From Octopus bimaculoides (Eukaryota), in contig NC_068990.1 of assembly GCF_001194135.2 (NCBI RefSeq), positions 88,249,971 through 88,313,970 on the forward strand: a stretch of DNA of 64,000 nt, read 5' to 3'. Under the pieces are notes generated by a model that was given only the letters and a program-made list of their open reading frames with translations, searched no databases and was not told where the DNA came from. Made by a program: the position numbers and the translations under genes. How positions within the stretch are numbered: the first letter of the stretch is position 1; the number at the start of each line of letters is the position of its first letter. Below are positions 55,079 through 61,038 of the stretch, one piece after another.

Positions 55079-57445
55079 TATTAAGAACTGTATACACTGT
55101 TAAAACATTCTGATACAGCATTTGTTCAACTTGAATACTTTTCTATATATTTTCAGTTGTTTGTTTCTTATTTTACATCAGAAAGGAAACTGTTGTTCTT
55201 TTACTTAAACCTGAAGAGTAGCAGCAGCAGCAACAAGTTTTTATTCATTTGCCTATTTTGACATGACTTATTGCTGGTACAGCACAGTGTTTCACAAGGG
55301 ATGTCATGTTTTACATAACACAATATACAAAATAACAGAGAAAGAAATGCCAATCTACAGATTCATGTATTTTCTACATTTTGACATGGTTGCTATGGCT
55401 GGATGCCCTTCATATCACCAACCATTATACCACATGAAGAAAGTACATTTTCTCATACTGCTAGAATTAGAGAAACTATTTACAAGGACTAAAGAATCAC
55501 CTCAACTTATATAGGTTTCTATTCAGAGTAGTTCCATGGCTTTAAAAACATAAAAGCCAGCAAATTCGCTCAATATTCCTTTTGAAATCCTTCAACATTG
55601 AAATCCTAGACATAAGGGAAAATTCATCAGGTTTATTGATCTCAGTATTAAAATACTTGTGCATGCAAGTATGTCATTACTTTCATGATAAACCTTTTGG
55701 GCCAAAAAGAAAGTTCAGTATTTCATATCTTCTATCTGTTGATCTCTCTTTATTTATCTAACAACATTGACCAATACATTGATGGGTGGATGGAGGAATG
55801 AATACTAATAATAGTAAACTTATTGTAGAAAGATATTGTATCAAACTGAATTAACTTAACAAAATAGCTGTGGTTGTAATTATTTTTAAAAAATTAGTTA
55901 TTCAGAATTTGTACTATCAGCAAGAAAAGTATACATAAACAAATGACTGAAATGAAAGGAATTAATCTTGGTTGGCAAACAGCTTAGACTGTGTTTTGTT
56001 ATTGAAAACTATAATGATGGTATTGGTGGGTTGAATTGACAGTGTAAGTGTTGTTTTTTTTTTTTCTTAATTGAACCAAATTATTTATGTCATCTATCAA
56101 TTAATGGATGTGCAGAAGTGCAATTACAACCCGCTCACTTGAAAATAGATATTTGTTTATGAAATATGGATGACAGAACGTAAGCTAATAGGAGAAAGAA
56201 TGAAATGGTACAGGCAATGATGTAAGGAGAAGCAGAGCGTCAAATAATGAAAACAGGAACAGGAGCATCAAAGAATATAGAATGAATATTTACAAGATAG
56301 AATATTAAATGAAAATGAGAGAAAACATCAAAAGAAAAAAAAACCCTGTAAACATATGGTTGAATGTTACAACATTGGTGACATGAATATTCTCTGTAAT
56401 CAATGTGAAGATGTTAGATTTGTAAATGAACCTCTCAACTGCTGAAAGAATGGGAAACTCATGCCCCTTCAATTACAACCTTATCATGATAGGAATTTTT
56501 AAATGAATATAATGCAGAATTTACAATTTATAATGGAACACTAATTTTTGTGGTTCTATATAAACTTTACCATGAAATTTCCATGGGTATTGCTAGTTAT
56601 TATTACTTTATAGATAGTTTAAAAATATTATATAATTATGTAGAAGTACTGTTAATGATATTCTGAATAAAATATGAAGTGCATTGTTATTAAAATGAGC
56701 AATTCATTATATTAGCATGATCCATCCACAAAATACATTTTCAGCATAAGTCACCCTTTTCAGAATAAATGTGGATCTGATTGCATCATGAGTTATACTC
56801 AAACCTTTGCCTGAATGTTTTTATTTTGGATAATCCATTTAGACATTCTTCTTCCGATGATGTGCTCTTGTTTAAGATTGCATGGTTGTAACAACAGACA
56901 TCTTGGTTGATCACATGTTAAAGGAAGTTTTTACCCCTACAAAAGCACACTATCAGGTTAGTGATGTACAAAGAATTGTCTGCAACCTAGAAATTGAGAC
57001 AAGTTTGAAAATGAGTCTTAAGATGTTCTAAGACTCAGGTGAATTATTTTGTAACTTGTGGGTCATTTTGTGAATCAGTTGTTTGTGCATAATGCATGTG
57101 TATGGATGTGTAAATGTGTATGTTTGCATTTAAAATGTATTCTTTCTTCTTTTTCTTCTAGCCAATAATGAACATTTCATGCTTAAAAAAGTTAGCATAC
57201 CAAAGGAGGATATTTTAGGACAGCGTAAGAATAAGACCTTAAAGGAATGTAATGAAGAATGCAACAGACATCATGGATGTAATTCTTACCAGTACAATGA
57301 GGAAAATAAATTATGTGCTCTGAGTAATGTGACTCAGTGGACTGATAAACTTAAACCCAGCGAAAAACATGTGGATGTGTACATAGCTAACCCTGGTCAG
57401 TAGACTATTTTCATCTTATTTGTATGCATGTGTTTGTGTATTTGC

Positions 57446-57477
<32 letters not shown>

Positions 57478-58253
57478 ACTGCAATGCTGCATAGCAATAA
57501 GACATGGTCCTTGAAAGCAGAAGATGTGAAAAGATTGCCCTTCCCCCACATTTCTCCCAACAAACCTCTATTTCTCCTTCAGCCAGTACCATGTTTCTTC
57601 CTTGCTACCTGAAAACATATCACTTGTTAGCCATTCTTCATTCAGTAATATTGCTCTCTACAAAATTTATTTATTTATTTTGATGATTATTGCTCTAACT
57701 GGTTTTTTTAATTTTATAGCGTTCTAAATTGATCAGTAACTGAATTTTATAGTATACAATTTTTAGGTTTGAGTTAATTTGCCGTTTGCTCGTTCCTTAC
57801 ACATTTGGGATGAACAGTTGTGTGCCATCTAATACCTTTTCATCCTGTTTTGTATATTTTCATGGGTCAACTATGAAAATTGGATTTGAATGTTTTCTGT
57901 TTTTATTGGCTATATATTACTAATAATAATGATAATAATGATAGCAATAATAATGGGACCCCGAGGAGATGGAGTATCCTATATCTTATAATATTTTATA
58001 ATATGTATTAATCATTATGGATGTTCTATCAAAATGTACATAGGTCAATTTCATTATTATTATTATTATTATAATAATTATTATTATTGTAATAAAGTAT
58101 TTTCAACGGATCAGTTTTGAGCTCTATTTAAAGTTGATATATATATATATATACAAAAACTCAACTGTGAGTGTTTTGCTAAGATTGTTAACAGATACTA
58201 TATTCTTTTGCCAAATTTTTGGTGTAAAAAAATATATTTAAACATATATATCT

Positions 58254-58310
<57 letters not shown>

Positions 58311-60986
58311 TTTATGTATATATTAATATTATCTCAGTTATTAAAACTTTCAGTAATTTAAATACGTTAATAGTTACCAGAGGTAGCAAAATTACACTAA
58401 AAAACAAGATATCACAGCCGTTTTACAGGTAGATATACCAAGTTAAAGTGATACATTTTGAGAAGATATATATATATGTGTGTGTTTGATAGATGAATAT
58501 CTTGTGAAAGCAGTACAGGACATGTACAGAGATGCTGCTAGTAAGGCAAGAGTTGGCCATGGGTACAGTGATGAATTTAGGTGTTCACCAAGGGATGGTC
58601 GCAGCCTCCTCTCATTCATCATCATCCTCCAGACCATAACAGAAGCCCATGAGAACTACTATATGCTGATGATCTTTCCCTCATAGCAGAATCTGTAATA
58701 GAATTAGAATAGAAATTCCGCAACTGAAGAAAGTACAACAGAGCTGCAGCTCAATCTATAGCATTCCCATCATTTATTTCGTGGTATTGAGCATAGAGCA
58801 ATATCCATGGTATTGAGCATAGAGAATTCATCAATCAAGAGTTCTACTGTGACATTGTGAAGTGTTTGAGAGAGGACATTCAGCAAAAGCGACTGGATCT
58901 GTGGAGCTAGAAGAATTAGAGTCTTTATGATGACAATGTACTCTATCACTGAGCTCTGCACATTCGTGAGTTTCTCGCCAAAAGTGACTTTATATCACTT
59001 CTACGCCCACCCTATTCACCAGATTTAGCACCTGCAGACTTCTATCTCTTCCCCAAGACGAAAATGCAGCTTAAAGGTTGTTGTTTTAACACCGTAGTTA
59101 AGATACACAGTGAATTGTAAGAGTGGCAGGAATGCTGGGACCAGTGTATTGCTGCAAAGGTGACTATCTTGAAGGAGATGATGTTAAAACTTAGGTTAAT
59201 AAGATATTTCTTATTAAACTGGTCTCATCCTGAAACTTTTTGATACCATCTTGTAACATTTTTATCTCCTAATTTTAACCTTCCTTCTAACATACATGCG
59301 GAATTCATATTAGTTTGTTATCAATTTCAGCTTACTCAAAAATTGACTGTGGATCTCCAAAAGATGTTGTTGGTGCATTCAAATTGTACAATGCCACCAC
59401 CTATGAATCTGAAGTGACCTATACTTGCTCAAATGGAGAACAACTGAAGTCAGAATGTGAAAAGGACAGCAAATGGACACCTGTTCCATCTGTATGTGAA
59501 GGTACTGTAAATAGTTTCTCTTTTGTCTCTCTTCATAGCATATACTGCAGGATGTGGTCATGTACCTTGTGAACGTCTACAAAACAAGTGCACACCTCTA
59601 GGCAAATTCCTGAAGTTTCTTGCAGATTGTTATTGAGTGCATAACTTGTTGGTTTTGCTGCATCTCAGATTGAAGACACACTTCTTCAGCTACCTTGTAC
59701 TCAATGATCTCCCTACATCTCTTTTCCAGAGATAAATCATAGACTTTATTGGGGAGGCTCAACAAGGCAAGTTCTCTGTAATTAGAGCACTCTCATGTGT
59801 TTTTAAAAATTGGGATTCCTACCTGAGATTGCCATTACTTTGGTGTCTTTGCAGAGGTGCATGTCGCCTAGTCTGGATAAGTCATCCAGAAAATACCTTC
59901 TTTATTCTAGGCTTTTAACATATTGGTCCAGATTTCATATGCACCAGTAGCCCTGCCACATTTGATTGCTTTCTTTAATCACCTCTAGGAATTTGGCTTC
60001 AATGTGGTTAAATTGCACTTGTAGATGCACATTTTGCCTACCTTTCACTATGAAATCAATGGATGGTTTTACTAGAACACTTTGTTGGTCAATTTAAAGT
60101 CAGAGTCCAGTTTAACCTCAAAGTCTTCCCCATAACTTAGCCTTCAGCAGTTTCACTGTTTCTGCATCAACGTTTTGCACTTCAGTGCATCATATATGTA
60201 AATTGAGAGACCCATTTAAAAGCCACTCTTTGTAATCCTATTTCCATTGTATCTTGGAATTCCTGGTTAAATCAGGGAGTTCTTTTACCTCTTGGTGCCA
60301 CTCCAAGTTGCTATCCTTTACATGTTACACACTGCTGTGCAAAACATTCTCTACACTATTTTGACATCCTCATTTTCTTCAGGAAGGTCTCTGAATTTCT
60401 ATGCAATAGTGTCTACATATTTGTTTCTAATCCCATCATCCAACAGAGCTTCCCACTTTATTTAGTAAGTCACCTGGTCTTATTAGTTTTGTGAGTTCTG
60501 TCTATTGTAGTCTCAAGTTGCAGACAACTAGGTGGTGATTAGTTGATAACTCAGCCCCACTCTTCACATAAACATCCAATCACAGAATCAAAGAAATACA
60601 AATGACAGTGAGATTTATCTGCGTCCCACTAAGTATCTTATTCAAAGTTTATCTCCTCATTCTCTCCCACCAAATATACATGCAGCATTGGCAAACATCA
60701 GAGTTTTCAATTACAGATTATGCGCAAATTAATTGTGGAACTCCAGAAGATGTTGATAATGCATTGAAGTCATATAAAACCACCACCTATAAATCTGAAG
60801 TGACCTATACTTGCCCAAAGGGAGAAAAACTAAAGTCAACATGTGAAAAGGACAACAAATGGACTCCAGTAGCTTCTGCTTGTAAAGGTAATGTAAATAT
60901 TTTCTCTCCTGTTGTCTTGGTCTGTCCATTAATATTTGATTTTGCATTAAATTTTGTTTTACTTTATTGACTCCTCCTCCTCCTCC

Positions 60987-61038
<52 letters not shown>

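Noticed and set aside
2215-58432. Many ORF-track entries rich in YI, VC, HT, I, Y, RE or S runs, or poly-X
   Set aside because: They are translations of (TA)n, (TG)n, (CATA)n, (ATT)n, (GA)n and (TCA)n microsatellites or of N gaps.
13925-59200. Transposase, RT, integrase or helicase ORFs as domesticated host genes
   Set aside because: All are short fragments with stops or frameshifts and no consistent splice sites.
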